A stretch of 64,000 nt of DNA, taken from Antedon mediterranea. Its lineage: Eukaryota; Animalia; Echinodermata. The stretch is taken from contig NC_092673.1 in assembly GCF_964355755.1 (NCBI RefSeq), positions 26,161,648 to 26,225,647 on the forward strand, written 5' to 3'. This document shows, in pieces, positions 1 through 13,835 of this stretch. The notes beneath the pieces are model-generated. The model was not told the origin of the DNA. It was given only the letters and a program-made list of their open reading frames with translations, and did no database searches. Positions within the stretch are counted from its first letter, which is position 1. Each line of letters opens with the position of its first letter. A program made the position numbers and the translations under genes.

Positions 1-594
1 TCCACTAAATAGTTCATGGTTCAGACCAATAGTAATGGGTACAATACGAAAGCATGATGCTGTAGGTATAAACAAGCCTTAAATATTCATATTGATTGTT
101 TGTGAAATGATATATCTGGAAAAAACTTGTACAGACCAATTATTCACGAGAGAAAAAAACGAAAAATGAATTGTGTCGGTAATCAGTGAAGCTCGAAAAA
201 CACATTTCCGCTGTAATTTTGTTTTGCAATTTTGAATAAAATAAACACAGAAGCTATAAGACGTAACATAATGTAAAGCAGCCATCTATAGCAATTTCTC
301 TAAGATGCATATACTGTAATAAATGTTGCAAATGTATTACAATTGACAGCTTTCTATGTACACATTCATAGCTAGAAATAAACATGTATAGTTCATTCTA
401 TTTGTGCATTCATAAATATTCCTCAATTGATAGCGTTTTTGTGTCATTTACTGCTATGAATACTTTATTACCATTTTGTAGTGACATTTGTTACGCATCA
501 AATTTCCAAACATGTTTTAAAAAATAAATATTGAATTTGTAGATTTTTAAATATCAATGACATCTATATATTCATCACATTTAAATATATATGC

Positions 595-742
595 TATATT
601 TTCGCTTGCACTGATAAAGAGCTAGTGTTGCCTGAAAGCTCTGCTAATTTTTCTGGGTGTTTTACTTTTTCGTTTTGATTTAGCTTTTTGCTTATTTTAT
701 TTTGTATCTCCATTGAGATCCACCCACAGCATTGTCATTATC
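595..742 (+). mobile_element. Penelope-like element terminal-repeat fragment, copy 1, with hammerhead motif
   Basis: Homologous to 1735-1940; contains GCA-CTGATAA-AGAGC-TAGTGTT-GCCT-GAAA-GCTC-TGC. Confidence 0.6.
608..644 (+). ncRNA. Degenerate minimal hammerhead ribozyme motif (G8A core variant, weakened stem II)
   Basis: Same architecture as 1751-1787 with core CUGAUAA. Confidence 0.45.
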
Positions 743-1476
743 TATATATAAATTATAGTTAATTCTGACATAGGCGAGTTCAATGGAAAAACTTCGGTAC
801 AAATCTCCGCCTTGGATACCTACCTGATCTATCTCAGATGTATCGTGAAATGTGAATTTGATAACATTAGTTTTCACTATTACGATATTGTTCCATATTT
901 CTATCTTAGGAAGATATTATAAAGAGTAGATTTTCAACTCAATTTCAATTGTACGCGGGTCAAAGTAATTTCCGGGTTCACGATGAGTTCACCTTGCAAC
1001 AACCTGGTTTAAACTAAGTTGGCCGTCATTTTTGTTTATTTTCGGAACGGACTGTGCGTGTAAAGGTACAGTAGTTAAAAAATAAAAATTATACTGCAAA
1101 TTAATAAAGATCAAATTAAATATACGCCATAAAGCGATCGGAATATATTGTGGGGAATAGTATTATAAAATGACATAGGGAGATCGGATAATAAGACATT
1201 TTGTTTAAAATCAGTGAAATCCTGATAACAGTATTGAGTAAGCTGGCAGGAATAACTGTAAACTATCTGTGTTCTGTTAGGATCGAGATGTCTGCCCATG
1301 TTGCAAGCCGTCTAAAACGTCTTCTTTCTTTAGGTCGAAACGGCATAATTTGTCGCTGAAGTAAGTTTCAAAAGATGTTTAAATTAAATAATGTATTAAT
1401 AAAAAGAATGGTATTTATTTGAATAAACGTCTTCCCAATAAAACATCACTTTGAATAATAATCCCTATCATCCTCC

Positions 1477-1510
1477 TCCCCCCCCCCCCCACCCCCCCCC
1501 CCCCCCCCCC
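1477..1510. repeat. Poly-C tract
   Basis: Run of C interrupted by one A. Confidence 0.9.
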
Positions 1511-1734
1511 AACCCAACTATCTAATAAACGCCTATCCACATTTATACACACAATATTGTATTATATTTATAATAACACAATTATACTATTTGTAGTAGA
1601 ATTCATCGCACTGTTATCTACAATTTACCAAGCATTTGTTATTCTTTTTTACCACTTTTCATATCGCCCTTTTCAGTATTTTGCTTTTGGATTTGTTATA
1701 TTTTATTTAATTTGTATATATTATTTTACGTTAT

Positions 1735-1940
1735 CCATATTCCTTCACTTGCACCGATGAAGGGCTAGTGTTGCCCGAAAGCTCTGCTAACTTTTCTGGC
1801 TGTTTTACTTCTCGTTTTGATTTAGCTTTTCGCTTTTATTTTGTATCTCCATTGAGATCCAGCCACTGATACCCACAGCATTGTCATTTTGTATCTCCAT
1901 TGAGATCCGCCACTGATACCCACAGCATTGTCATTTTTTT
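1735..1940 (+). mobile_element. Penelope-like element terminal-repeat fragment, copy 2, with hammerhead motif and ~49-bp internal tandem duplication
   Basis: GCA-CCGATGA-AGGGC-TAGTGTT-GCCC-GAAA-GCTC-TGC, followed by two copies of ttttgtatctccattgagatcc...cccacagcattgtcatt. Confidence 0.6.
1751..1787 (+). ncRNA. Minimal type I hammerhead ribozyme motif (U4C core variant)
   Basis: Stem I GCA/UGC, core C(C)GAUGA, stem II GGGC/GCCC, GAAA, palindromic AGCU stem III, predicted cleavage after C1784. Confidence 0.6.
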
Positions 1941-2256
1941 AGTAATTTGCCTTTGGATTGATATATTATTTTAATGTATACCTTTTATTTGTAACAAGGG
2001 ACCGGCACACAACTTTTACAAATTACTATCGATTGACCAAAGATCAAAGCGTTTAATTTTGTGTTTGAATTATTCAGATTCTTTTAACCAAACACCAAGG
2101 TAAAATCTGATTGTAATGTAATTGCTTCTTAATACATTTGACCATATCAATACAACAGGGATGTGATGTTATTGATTTGATTTTGAATCTTGTAATAATA
2201 ATATCAAATCACAGAAAATAAGATCATCATGACTTCAAAGAAATACATCTCTACTA

Positions 2257-2820
2257 GAAAATAAGCTGATATGATACGGACTGACGTAGCTTACACCCTT
2301 GCTGTTCTCATTGAAAATAAGCTGATATGATACGGACTGACGTAGCTTACACCCTTGCTGTTCTCATTGAAAATAAGCTGATATGATACGGACTGACGTA
2401 GCTTACACCCTTGCTGTTCTCATTGAAAATAAGCTGATATGATACGGACTGACGTAGCTTACACCCTTGCTGTTCTCATTGAAAATAAGCTGATATGATA
2501 CGGACTGACGTAGCTTACACCCTTGCTGTTCTCATTGAAAATAAGCTGATATGATACGGACTGACGTAGCTTACACCCTTGCTGTTCTCATTGAAAATAA
2601 GCTGATATGATACGGACTGACGTAGCTTACACCCTTGCTGTTCTCATTGAAATAAGCTGATATGATACGGACTGACGTAGCTTACACCCTTGCTGTTCTC
2701 ATTGAAAATAAGCTGATATGATACGGACTGACGTAGCTTACACCCTTGCTGTTCTCATTGAAAATAAGCTGATATGATACGGACTGACGTAGCTTACACC
2801 CTTGCTGTTCTCATTGAAAA
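2257..2820. repeat. 56-bp minisatellite, 10 nearly perfect copies
   Basis: Unit gaaaataagctgatatgatacggactgacgtagcttacacccttgctgttctcatt; only the A-run length varies. Confidence 0.97.
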
Positions 2821-5800
2821 CCAAGATTCGTCAAATATGTAGTGGCTCATCATTGGTAACTGCCAAACCAACTACATCGAACATTAGGGCGTTATTGCAT
2901 TATAACATCCCTTTAATAAGTAACATACATGGCCAATTACGCATAAAATGTCACAGTGTACATTACTATAGTTCGGTATCCAAACATCAAAGGCTGGCAT
3001 TTTGTACTCTTCTGTTACTTAATCAAATGAAAAGCATACATTATTTATTCTACAACAACTGGTAGATGATTATAGTGATTATGATAATTTAACAAACTGT
3101 GAACAAAATTGTGGACAACAATCAACCATTTTGAATGTACCAGAACGCTTTCTAATTCACAGCAGCAGGTGCAGTAAAATATCAAAGTGTAACATAACAT
3201 CATGTCAAATATTATATTAAATCAATTTCAAACTCAGAAATCATTAAGAATTCTCTGAAAACAGTTGGTATTATTATAATGTACAGATGAATACATTTCT
3301 GCATAACAGAATGTGGTATTTAAAAAAAAACAGGAATTTTAAAAAAAGGTAGAAAATGACATTTATTTTATTATCATGAAAAATCCAAAGATGAATGAAT
3401 GGAAATGGTGGTAAACCACAAAAGGAAAAAAAAAGAAGTACTACATAATAATATAAAGGTACTTTTAAAGCAAAAAAGGGGTGGATCCAGCATTATAGAT
3501 TAGGTGGGAGATAATAAATGATAAAATTATCCGTCAGGTTGCAGAAAAACCAAAATAGTCATTATTTTATTTTTTAAAAACATGGCTGTTAATTTTTTTT
3601 TTTTAGGTGGGGGGAGTGCTAAAATATTATATATAACACTATAGAACAGTACTGTTAGAGAATTTCGAGGAGGGAGAAGAAAATAACTAGAAACAACAAG
3701 TTATAGATATTGGGAGAATTAAAGAGAAATGTAAAATAAAGCTCTGTCTAGTTTGATGTGCCCAAATATGGTAGTGATACATGCTTAAATATAGCAGTGA
3801 TATGACATCATCATGTCCAAATATGGGCACATCACATTTTTGTTGTCACAAAGTTTGATAGTGAAGAAAGGTGTACCAAAGGAAACGCATTAAAACAAAA
3901 AGATTATATATTATAAGATTATGTCCAATTTGTTTTCATTATGCAAAATAGGAACTACATATTTATATAAAAAAAACAATAATTACCTGAATCATAACAT
4001 TAACAGTTACTATCCAAAGGCAAATTACAATAAAGTTTTATGAGACTTGACAAATCTAAAAATAGATCAGCTTTTTAAATTTATTTCTTGTAGAAACTAA
4101 TATAGGTCTACATGTGTGGACCAATATACAGTACAATGGATTCAATAAATAAATGTGTAAATTCAAAAGGTTAAAAAACTCTAGTTTCTATTCAACATTC
4201 TAATTGGAAAAGAAAAAGCGTACATTGTAATTAAGGAAAAAAATTCTCGATCTATACAAAATAATGTATTTTAACCGAGAAACAACTTTTTCTAGGTCAG
4301 CTAATTAGAGAAAAACAAGAATTTCTGAAAAAAAGAATGTATCTTGTTGAATATATGGTTGGTTATTGTATATCTAAGGTAAATTTCAAGTGTGTATGTG
4401 AAGTCTGGTGACATAGGCCTATTTTCCAGCTTGGACATTAACTGTTGATCCACTATATGTACATATATATATTATACAGGAGGATGGGAACTTACTGGAA
4501 GGTTGAAGTCGAAATTTAGATTAAGAGTTATGTTGTAGTAAAGAAGGAATCATATTTAAGTGAATGAAATAAAGAAAAGGAAAAGAATTCTTCTAAATGC
4601 CAGAAAAACTCTATTGATAAAAAAAAATATTGTAAAGAGGAGTTGAAAAGTAAATTCTTTACTAAGCAGTAATGGTGACGAGAGGAGGCCAGAGGTAGCT
4701 GTGAGGGAGATGAAGAGAGGACGAGGAGAATGTGTTGAGATGAGGAGACAGGAGAAGATATAGTGGCTAGAAGATGGCAAGGAGGAGGCGAGAGGGTGAT
4801 GATATGAGATGGTAGATTGAAGAAAGGGTTGCCATTAATCAACATTATTAATAGATGGTAGTTGAAAAAAATCTCTACTGGCAGTGTATGCAACAAATGC
4901 TTTTATCTAATTCATTCACTGTAGTATGTAAAATGTACATAATTATTGAAAGTGAAAGTACTGTTAGTAGTCTAAGGAAGAAACCAGTAAACACTAGTAC
5001 ATTGTATATATGCATGCATAAATATAACATGGACATTATGCAAACTAAACAACACTGCCATTTGCATTCAACCAATGACTGACTTTACGAGACTCAGAAC
5101 ATTGTATGATCCCAAGGTAACCACAACCAAGTAAGTATGTACTAAAATATACACCAAATAAAGACAACTTGTACAATTCCCAAATCAGTCACATTACTGT
5201 AGTGTAATAACTTCATTTGCTGTATCAACAGCTGCTAATTTGCCGTATGAATGTTGCTATGGTTTAAATACTATCCATGTAAACTTCAAGACGGTGAAAA
5301 GCTTTCAGCTATACGTGGCCCACATATAAAAATAAAGTGGATAGGACATACCAGCAATAATGTTTAATAGAAAGACCACATAAATAATAAGTACATATTG
5401 ATAATTTATATTATTATTTATTCATTTGATGCCTACAATTTTTGGATGTGGTTGAAAATGTTGAAAATTTTGATAACTACAAAAAATAAAATAATATAAT
5501 AAAAAAAAGGACAAGGGCAAGGCCGCTTAATAATTTTGAAATATGAATATATACCGATTGAAACAAATAATTCTTATAATATTTGGAAAGAAATTTTGTC
5601 ATCAGGTCAATTAAGAAATTAAGCTCAATAGGTAGAAATTATATATGATTTAATTTAAACTCTTCAATAACATAAAAAATAGGTCAAATAAAATTGCTCT
5701 GATTTTGTATTCTTCCAGCAAACAGTTTTACAATTTCATTGCAAATCAAACATTTTTTTTTTAGAAATGTTCACAAAAACGTATATCTCCCTTGGGATGG

Positions 5801-6010
5801 CTATGTAATTTGAATTCTTTAAAGGAAGATAAATTAAAAACCATCAAATTATTTTGACAATCAGAATAAAAAATATGGATGATGAGATGAATCTATCAAA
5901 AAAATAATGTACATGTTTTCAAAAATACCATAAAGTTCAGATGTTGTCGTTTATGGAAAACACATAGTTACAATTTTAAACATGTTCTAAATAAATTAAG
6001 TTTTAGGTTT

Positions 6011-6222
6011 AAACATAGAGATATTATATAATATCTCTATGGTTTAAACTCTTAAAATGAGCTTTTTTTGTGGTGGCCAGTTGTGGATCCAGGATTTTAA
6101 ATTAGGAAGAGCAAAAAAATGAAAAATTGCTTTGATTAATATCAGGTTCCCAGTAATCATTATTGTGGAATCAACAGTAATAAACCATAGAGATATTATA
6201 GTTCACTATAATATCTCTATGA
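6011..6222. repeat. Two short perfect hairpin elements CATAGAGATATTATA...TATAATATCTCTATG
   Basis: Palindromes at about 6014-6041 and 6186-6221. Confidence 0.8.
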
Positions 6223-9200
6223 ATAAACAAACATTAACAATATCTATGTACTGTATTTATATCTGGACCTTAAATATTTTTATCTGAAATATATATATAT
6301 AGATAATATATATAACTTTTATAATTTTTTAGTGTATTCAATATTTGTTTTAATCATCGTTATATGTATTTTTTTACATTAAATCGGCAATGCATAAACA
6401 AAGATTGTACACATAGGTCAACAAAGATGAATGATAATAAACCAATATTACTATTTAAAATATGTAAACAAGAAAGTCTTCCAATATACCAATTATTTAA
6501 AGTTCAATGAGCTTCTACGGTATAGTAAAATACAATGTTAAAAGATATAAACAAATTATATGTCAAAAAGCATAAATTTACAGGTACTAAATAAGTTTGC
6601 AAAGTCAATATAATTTAATTACAATAATCAATAATAATAATCAATAATCAATATAATTTAATTACAATAATCTAAACACGAAATGTATTATTAATATTAA
6701 ATGCATGGCTTAGAGATTATTTTTACAATAGACAAACATAGCATTAACAACCAATCAACCAATATTTAAATGTTATGTTATCAATTCTGCCGACTAATAT
6801 ATATTACTAGTTAACTAAGTCCTAACTTATTTCTCCATGCTATAACTAACTAATATATAACTTTCGAGAACAGTATAAAATAATAGAAAAGAAATATGCT
6901 ACAGAAGGAATAACATGGGAAGACAGAGAACATACACAAATTAGATGTAATGATTTGATTAGCTTTATTCTGTTGACATATCAACAGAGTAAAGGTGAAT
7001 GGGTACTTGTTGATTTGAAAAGAGTAAAGGTAATGATAAAACAAGATGGAGGCTGTTTTTTCAGTAAGTTATCAATCAATTGTATGCTCATCTAAAACTC
7101 TGTCTACACTATCAAACTTTATGTGACAAAAAAATGTCCATATGTGGACATGATTATGTCATCCAACTACCATATTTTGGCGTATCACTACCATTTTTGG
7201 GCATATCACTACCATATTTGGAACCATCAAAGCAAGATACAAGATGCAATGATAAGATCGATTGTGAAGAATTGCTGTCAGGTCTGGTGCAAACAGTCCG
7301 AAGAAGGTTTGGACAGATAAAACTATTGACGATAAAAAAGTTCTTAAACAATCGGATATTAGGTTGATAGTATCAAACAAACTTTGCGAATACAACAATT
7401 GGAGTGGGTCACAACAAAGGAAAACTGTAGATATACTAAGAGCAAACATCTTTAAAATGAAATGTGTGCTTATTTACTATATTACATGGTTCAGTGGTTC
7501 TACAGTAGAGCCACTGGCTTGTCAAATTAGCCCCAGTTCCAGCAACTAGGCTTATTTTAACACGAGATCTACATTTTATAAACAGTTGATTCGGTTACAC
7601 CTAGATATTTTATAGTATTAATATCAAAACCCTGCAGTATTATAATGAGACAAATGCCATATTTTTTTTGCATCCTAATTAACATATGCATTGAATAAGA
7701 ATATGTCATGTCTTGATAACTGCATACAATTCGTATTTTTTTATATAATATTCTAGTGGAGTATTTGTATTTGTAATGAACATATGAGATGCATCATTGA
7801 CTCAAACAGCTATGCTTGACAATTCTGCGTTGATAGTCATTGGAAAATCTTGGCTACACTAATTATGGTTCGTCTATTTCAAAGATCAGTGATGTTAGAG
7901 AGCAACATCGAAATAGTTTAATCAAATAGGGATGGAATATCGTGGAAACTAGAATTTCTCAATGATTTCTTCTTCATAAAGGAAAAATAACAAATGTTCA
8001 ATAGGATTTAGATCAATAAACATGAAAGTGGTCCTTCATTGGAGACATGATTTGGATTTGAATTTGAATTGAGTTTCAAAAATGAATCACCCCTAACACC
8101 AGGAAGATAACAACTTTTTCTTTGCATGGCGTCGATATTACCTAAACTGAAGTAAAAATCAACGACAGTAGCAATTTAGTGATATTTTTAGTTGGATCAA
8201 ATAATACAAACAAAGCAAACTGAGCAGAGAGTTTGAGAATTCTGGAGTTTTCCCAGATTTCTGCAAAAAGAAAACTAGAAAATGTGTAAGAAAAACAATA
8301 TTAGAAAATAAAATACATGAAAGACCATCTCTCATTCTCCTCATCATCCATCCTCTAAAACAATATCCGTTCACATTTAATTTATTGCTGGAAAAGACCG
8401 AAAACGGATCAATTGAAATCGCATATAAATTCAATTGAAGCGTGTTATGAACAATCTACGGAGCACAACAACAAACTGCGTAGAAGATGAAGCAAATTGT
8501 AACTTGTCATCTCCATTCTAGTGTAAAACATTTTAATTTCCTTTTATCGGGATAGCACTGGTACTCACGTTGACAGTAATGGGGCTATAGTAGGTAGATG
8601 ATGATGACGATCAACCTAAAGCCTTGTCTACACTATCAAACCTTATGTGACAACAAAATGTGATCTGCCCTTATATGGACATGATGATGTCATATCACTA
8701 GAGCCAGAAACAGTGGACGTTTCGATCTAGTTGTCAGGGACGCTTCGTCCGAAATTTATGGGAAATTAGGTTGGAATGTCTGTGATTTTTAAATATTGCT
8801 TTGTGGATACAGTACTTCAGCATCAAATATTAGCTCAATTCTTGTGAAGATAAAATATAAACTGGTATCTATGCCTATACTTTGGTTTACTTTGAACTTT
8901 TACCTGCCTATAGTGCATATCAGCAAATAAGTAGTTTTTACAGAATGTGTCTTTTAACAACGATAGAGCAGGACTACCTCCTTTGAACAAAATCAAATAT
9001 TTACACAGTAAAGTCATAAACACAGTGCCCTTTTGTGTTCACTTTTCTTTGGAGAAACAGAAAACTGTTCGCTTTAGTAAATATAGCTTAGTATGTGACT
9101 CAATTGTATGTTCAGAAATAAATGTGAAAATAGTGAATATATTTTTATATAAATTAAGCTTTGTTCACACTACTGCATCAAATTAGTGTGCTTAAATATG

Positions 9201-11852
9201 GTAGTGATATGTTGTCATCGTATCCATATAGAGGCACATCACATTTTTTGTCACTGAAAGTTTGATAGTGTAGACAAGACTTTAGAATCGTTCAATGGTA
9301 CTTTAGTAAATTAATTTCATGACGTTAGCTGATAAAGGTCGTCCTTTGTCGGCTGGATGACAAAGGTTTGCTAGTCTTTTAACCTTAACGACTTTAATAA
9401 CTTACATTGAAGGATCAAGTTACCAACTTTAATTTTAATTAATACATTAATGATAACGATATTCCACATGCATTCGGCCTATTTGACCAACAACGTGGCG
9501 TTATTTTAAATTCCAATATTTTCATTACTGCTTTAAAATTAGATGTAATTCAGGTTGTTCGTGGTGGGAAGTAAAGGTCGAGTAAAACTGACCTGCGAAA
9601 ACGATTGACCTAGTTCTGAAGTCATTGCTGACTAACAACAATAATGTTGGCTTAAAGTCTTCTAGCGTAAAATAACGAGAGAAGTCTACCATTTACATTC
9701 AAGATAAATTTATGGTTATGTAGTTTTAAACATACCATTATTTTTGCGTTTTACCTTTTATATTGAATATATTTAATGACCATAGAAAATAACAAAACAA
9801 AAGTGAATGTTTTGATTAAAATATTAATATAACCATGTATAGTACACAAAACAGATAAATAATTTTATTGCAGTACAATTATTACTTATTACTACTGTAT
9901 TACTATAGGGTGGGATTTTATATGGGTATGGATATGTAGCCACTTCACCTTAATACTACAGAATAGTTTTCTCGTTGTCGATTTATTGATGGTGAATACT
10001 TTTATAGGTATATTATTATTATTATTTATAAGTAATACCAATATTGGAAGAAAAACGATGATATATTTAGGTTTAAATTATTAAATGTGTCTTCTAAATT
10101 CTTTACATATTTGCAAGCAATCTATATTATGAATGTTACAATCAATTAATATACATACAAATATGAATAATTAACTAACAGAACATTTTTATCAACTTTT
10201 CCTGCATTATGGATAGCTACCACAAATGACATTTGAATAAGAATATTAAACATCACTTAATATGCAAAAACGTGCATAATCAATTAACATATTGTGTTGC
10301 TTTATTTTTTTTAAATTTGTAAAATACATTGTTATATATTTCTTAAGCAAATTTCTGAATACCATTGACTCAATAGATAAAAGCAGTGAGTATGCTCAGC
10401 AATCATTAAGACATGTTAAATTACGTTTGATTACAAACTGCACAATTTTATCCACAGCTTGTTCAGTGAAGGTGATGTTTGCATCTAATTATGTATATGA
10501 AAACAGAGATCTATATGTGAAATTAATGAACACAGTGATAAGGTGATAATTTTAAAACATTATAGACAGTTATCACTATTGTCGATGGAATTTCTGCTCT
10601 TCCTCCTCCTCCTCCAAAATAATATTAATTTTCATCTTCATTTTTTAATTAAATTCTTGTCCACCTTACTAAACTAAAAAAAAATTACTAATTGTCATCC
10701 ATTCATTAAAGGTAGACATTTTGGTTATATAATGATATGTACATGTTAGAATGTGGATATGGTTATAATGGAACATGGTGTACACATTTCTTTATCCTCA
10801 ACCAACAGTGCTTGTCTTACTACAAAATTAACAACACAATAAAAACCATAAAATAATTTCCTCATAAACACCACCATTCCCCACCTCCAACTCAAATTGT
10901 GATTACAATACTTGTCTTTTAAGGTATAAACCATATTATTCTCTCAGGCAACTTACAATTTGGCAAAATCTATTGCAGGTTGTACCAGAATGTGAATTAC
11001 ACGCTGTCGAACAGTGCCACATTATAGTAGGGACTTTACGAAACAGGACGGTTAGGGGAGGACGACGGAGATTCTGTGTTCGCTAGAGTGTAAAATCATA
11101 AACATACGACATAGCCGTATCATCTAGCATAAACACCATAGAACCGTTTGTAACCAAAAATAGCCCTACCTGAATGAACCACCTGAGCAAAATATATATA
11201 TACCGTATATTGTCTTTTGCTCACAATATTTACATCTAAACTGACACCTTGTATTTCTGATTATACTTTTATTGAATTTTTATTTATATTTATGACTAAA
11301 TAATACTTCTTATGTGAATAAAGATCTTGAATAATAATTTTGATATAAAATCCATAAACTACTAAAAAATTGAATAAAGATATAAATATCATTCATTTTC
11401 TGTATAAATTAATTAATTAAATAATTTCATATTTATGCACAATATTCTTTTAAATATCGATATTTCTGTTGCCAAGCAGAAAAAAATAATACCTTTGCAA
11501 CCATTAATTAATCATCATCAATTAAATACCTATTATTAGCTGGGATTACAAGAGGCAATTTGTAATATTATCATATCAATAATTTTAATTTATTAATAAC
11601 TCAATTATTATTAATGGAGGTTATAAATCAACCTATTAAGATATTCGTTGGAATTAACAGCACAAATCCCCAATTATCAAAATGAACAATATTTAATAGT
11701 GCAATAGGAATGGGTTGTGCTATACATGATAGATGCGACAATATGCTTGTAATGATTGAATATTTTTTACTTGGAGGATAGCTGCCATTGTATAACAGCC
11801 ATGTTGTCCAGAAGACAGGAGGAAATTCGGACCACAGCTTTGATACGAGCGT

Positions 11853-12006
11853 TAAGCCTTGCCTATACCCTCAAACTTTATGCGACAAAAAAATGTGATG
11901 TGCCCATATATGGACATGATGATGTCATATCACTACCACATTTGGGCATCATATTTGGGCACATCGCAGTAGTGATGGTGTAGTTTGATAGTGTAGACAG
12001 GGCTTT
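11853..12006. mobile_element. MITE family A copy
   Basis: Both TIRs recognisable; same internal sequence. Confidence 0.85.
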
Positions 12007-13680
12007 AATTTATAATGGAACAGTAGAATCCCTGCTTTGGGACATCACTATTCAGGGGTAACTTCCCATGAAAAAATGGGGTGCAGGGAAAATATATGCA
12101 TCAATACTATGACCATTCTATGAACTATTATTAATGGAACATTTTTATTGGGTCCCAAAGTTGTTTTCTCAAAAGTGGTTATACTGTATATATATCTTTT
12201 GGGAAGTGGACATTGATTACGATGTATTCAATAACTGTACAACATGTACTAGGGAATTTTTTCACATGTTTTAGTTGAACTTCCCTGCACTGATTATAAA
12301 AGCAAATATTTGCCGAATCATCATACAAACACATTTTGTCTTGGTATTTAACTAATTTACCCAAGTGTAAGCAATTCTGCCATCTTTACGCATCGAACAT
12401 TCAGTCCACAAAGAGGTCAAAAGATACTATACCCTTCAGTATCACAGGTATCAGCTACAAATATTATTGTTGATATCAAGTTAGCAGAAAATAAAAATAT
12501 AACGTAATTAAATATATCAAATGAACTTATATTTACATCATTTAGAGTTTCACTCTTTTTTTCAGACTATTTTAAAAATAACTTTGACATTAAACATTGA
12601 GAATAAATATAAAAATGTTATTAAAATGAAAAATAGTATTTATAAATCACATTATTATAATTTTGATGATTGATTTGATTGCAGGTGAGAAAGCTAAATG
12701 TAGTCATGTGACATAGATACGCTAATACCCTAGGTAATGGAATTCAATAATATCTTAAAAACTTCTATTTTCATATCTCGTTATGATGCAGGAATGTCAT
12801 TAAACATATTTGATCCAAAAAATGTCTTAATACGACCCGTTCTGAATATTGTTCAATTTTACATTTAAATGTAATACTGGTTTATAATATGCAGTAATTA
12901 CTAGTGTAAATAAATACATTTTTGAAGGAGATGTTAAACTTGATTTAAATAAAATAAATGATTATGATTACGTGTTTTGATAATTTATGCGAGAATGATT
13001 TTGATATGGTTATTGAATTTCTTGATAATTGTGCACATTTTTTTTATTGACATGGAGACCCGATCCTACTACAGTAATAGCTTTGTGTGGTGTGTGCATG
13101 TCTGCTGGTGCCTATTGTGTTTATTAGGAGAGAATTCTTGTAGGGCCTACTGTATTATGTAACATGGTATCAAATAATAGGTGAAAGGTCACCATATAAA
13201 CAGGGGGGGGGGGAAACAATGTTGAATTGAGAAAGTAGGCATACACTAAATTTCAATTTAATTGTGACATTTAGCGTATGTAATAAGTGTGTATACAGTA
13301 TGCAATAAATAAAGTGAAGAATCCGGTATCTATTTGTAATAAAAAATGGTAGCATTTAATTTGTAGAACTGTCAACAACATACAGCTGTCAGTCACTAGG
13401 CAGACGATCAACGTCACCCACATGCTAAATAATTCGCGAGAAAAAACCTTTAATTTCCCTGAAAATGAAAACCAAATAATACGATTCTAAAAATACGAAG
13501 TCTGGTATCTGAAAATTAAGTAAATACTATGCTGAATTGTAAATATCTGTCGACCATTACAGAGAGCAGTATATAAATTAATTGCAACTTAATAGCAGTC
13601 GCCATAGAAAGTTATCGATTTAATGGAGCGAGAGTACTGATGATGATGCCTAGAAATGCCGGGTAGGATTACTTACTTAC

Positions 13681-13749
13681 CATTTACTCCTTGATCTCCC
13701 TCTTCCGCTCCCTTCTTCTTCTTCTTGTTTTTCTTCAGAGCCGCTCCCA
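13681..13749 (-). CDS. Internal coding exon (phase 1-1) of an unidentified gene: xGAALKKNKKKKKGAEEGDQGVN
   Basis: Strong acceptor ttttgttttccag and donor G|gtaagt, 69 nt, open frame. No downstream exon found in 1-13680, so the gene probably continues beyond the left edge. Confidence 0.7.
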
Positions 13750-13831
13750 CTGGAAAACAAAATAACCAACAATAATTACTAAATATGATATCTAAAACCC
13801 AAAACATCACAAATAACGTAGGCTTACTTAC

Positions 13832-13835
13832 TCAT
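13832..13835 (-). CDS. Candidate proximal first exon contributing only ATG-A (82-nt intron)
   Basis: caATGA|gtaagt. Splicing to 13749 gives MMGAALKKNKKKKK. Confidence 0.45.

Noticed and set aside
2257-2820. CRISPR array or hammerhead-bearing satellite
   Set aside because: Units are contiguous and identical, with no spacers and no cas genes. CTGATATGA and CTGACGTA do not fit the CUGANGA core and I see no flanking stems.
4528-4896. 122-aa ORF over a purine/pyrimidine-skewed tract
   Set aside because: Low-complexity Ser/Leu/Pro frame from a CT-rich strand with no recognisable domain. It might be a non-coding exon (donor near 4495), but this is unsupported.
7080-7449. Cluster of overlapping ORFs
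   Set aside because: Explained by a MITE family A copy and its internal repeats.
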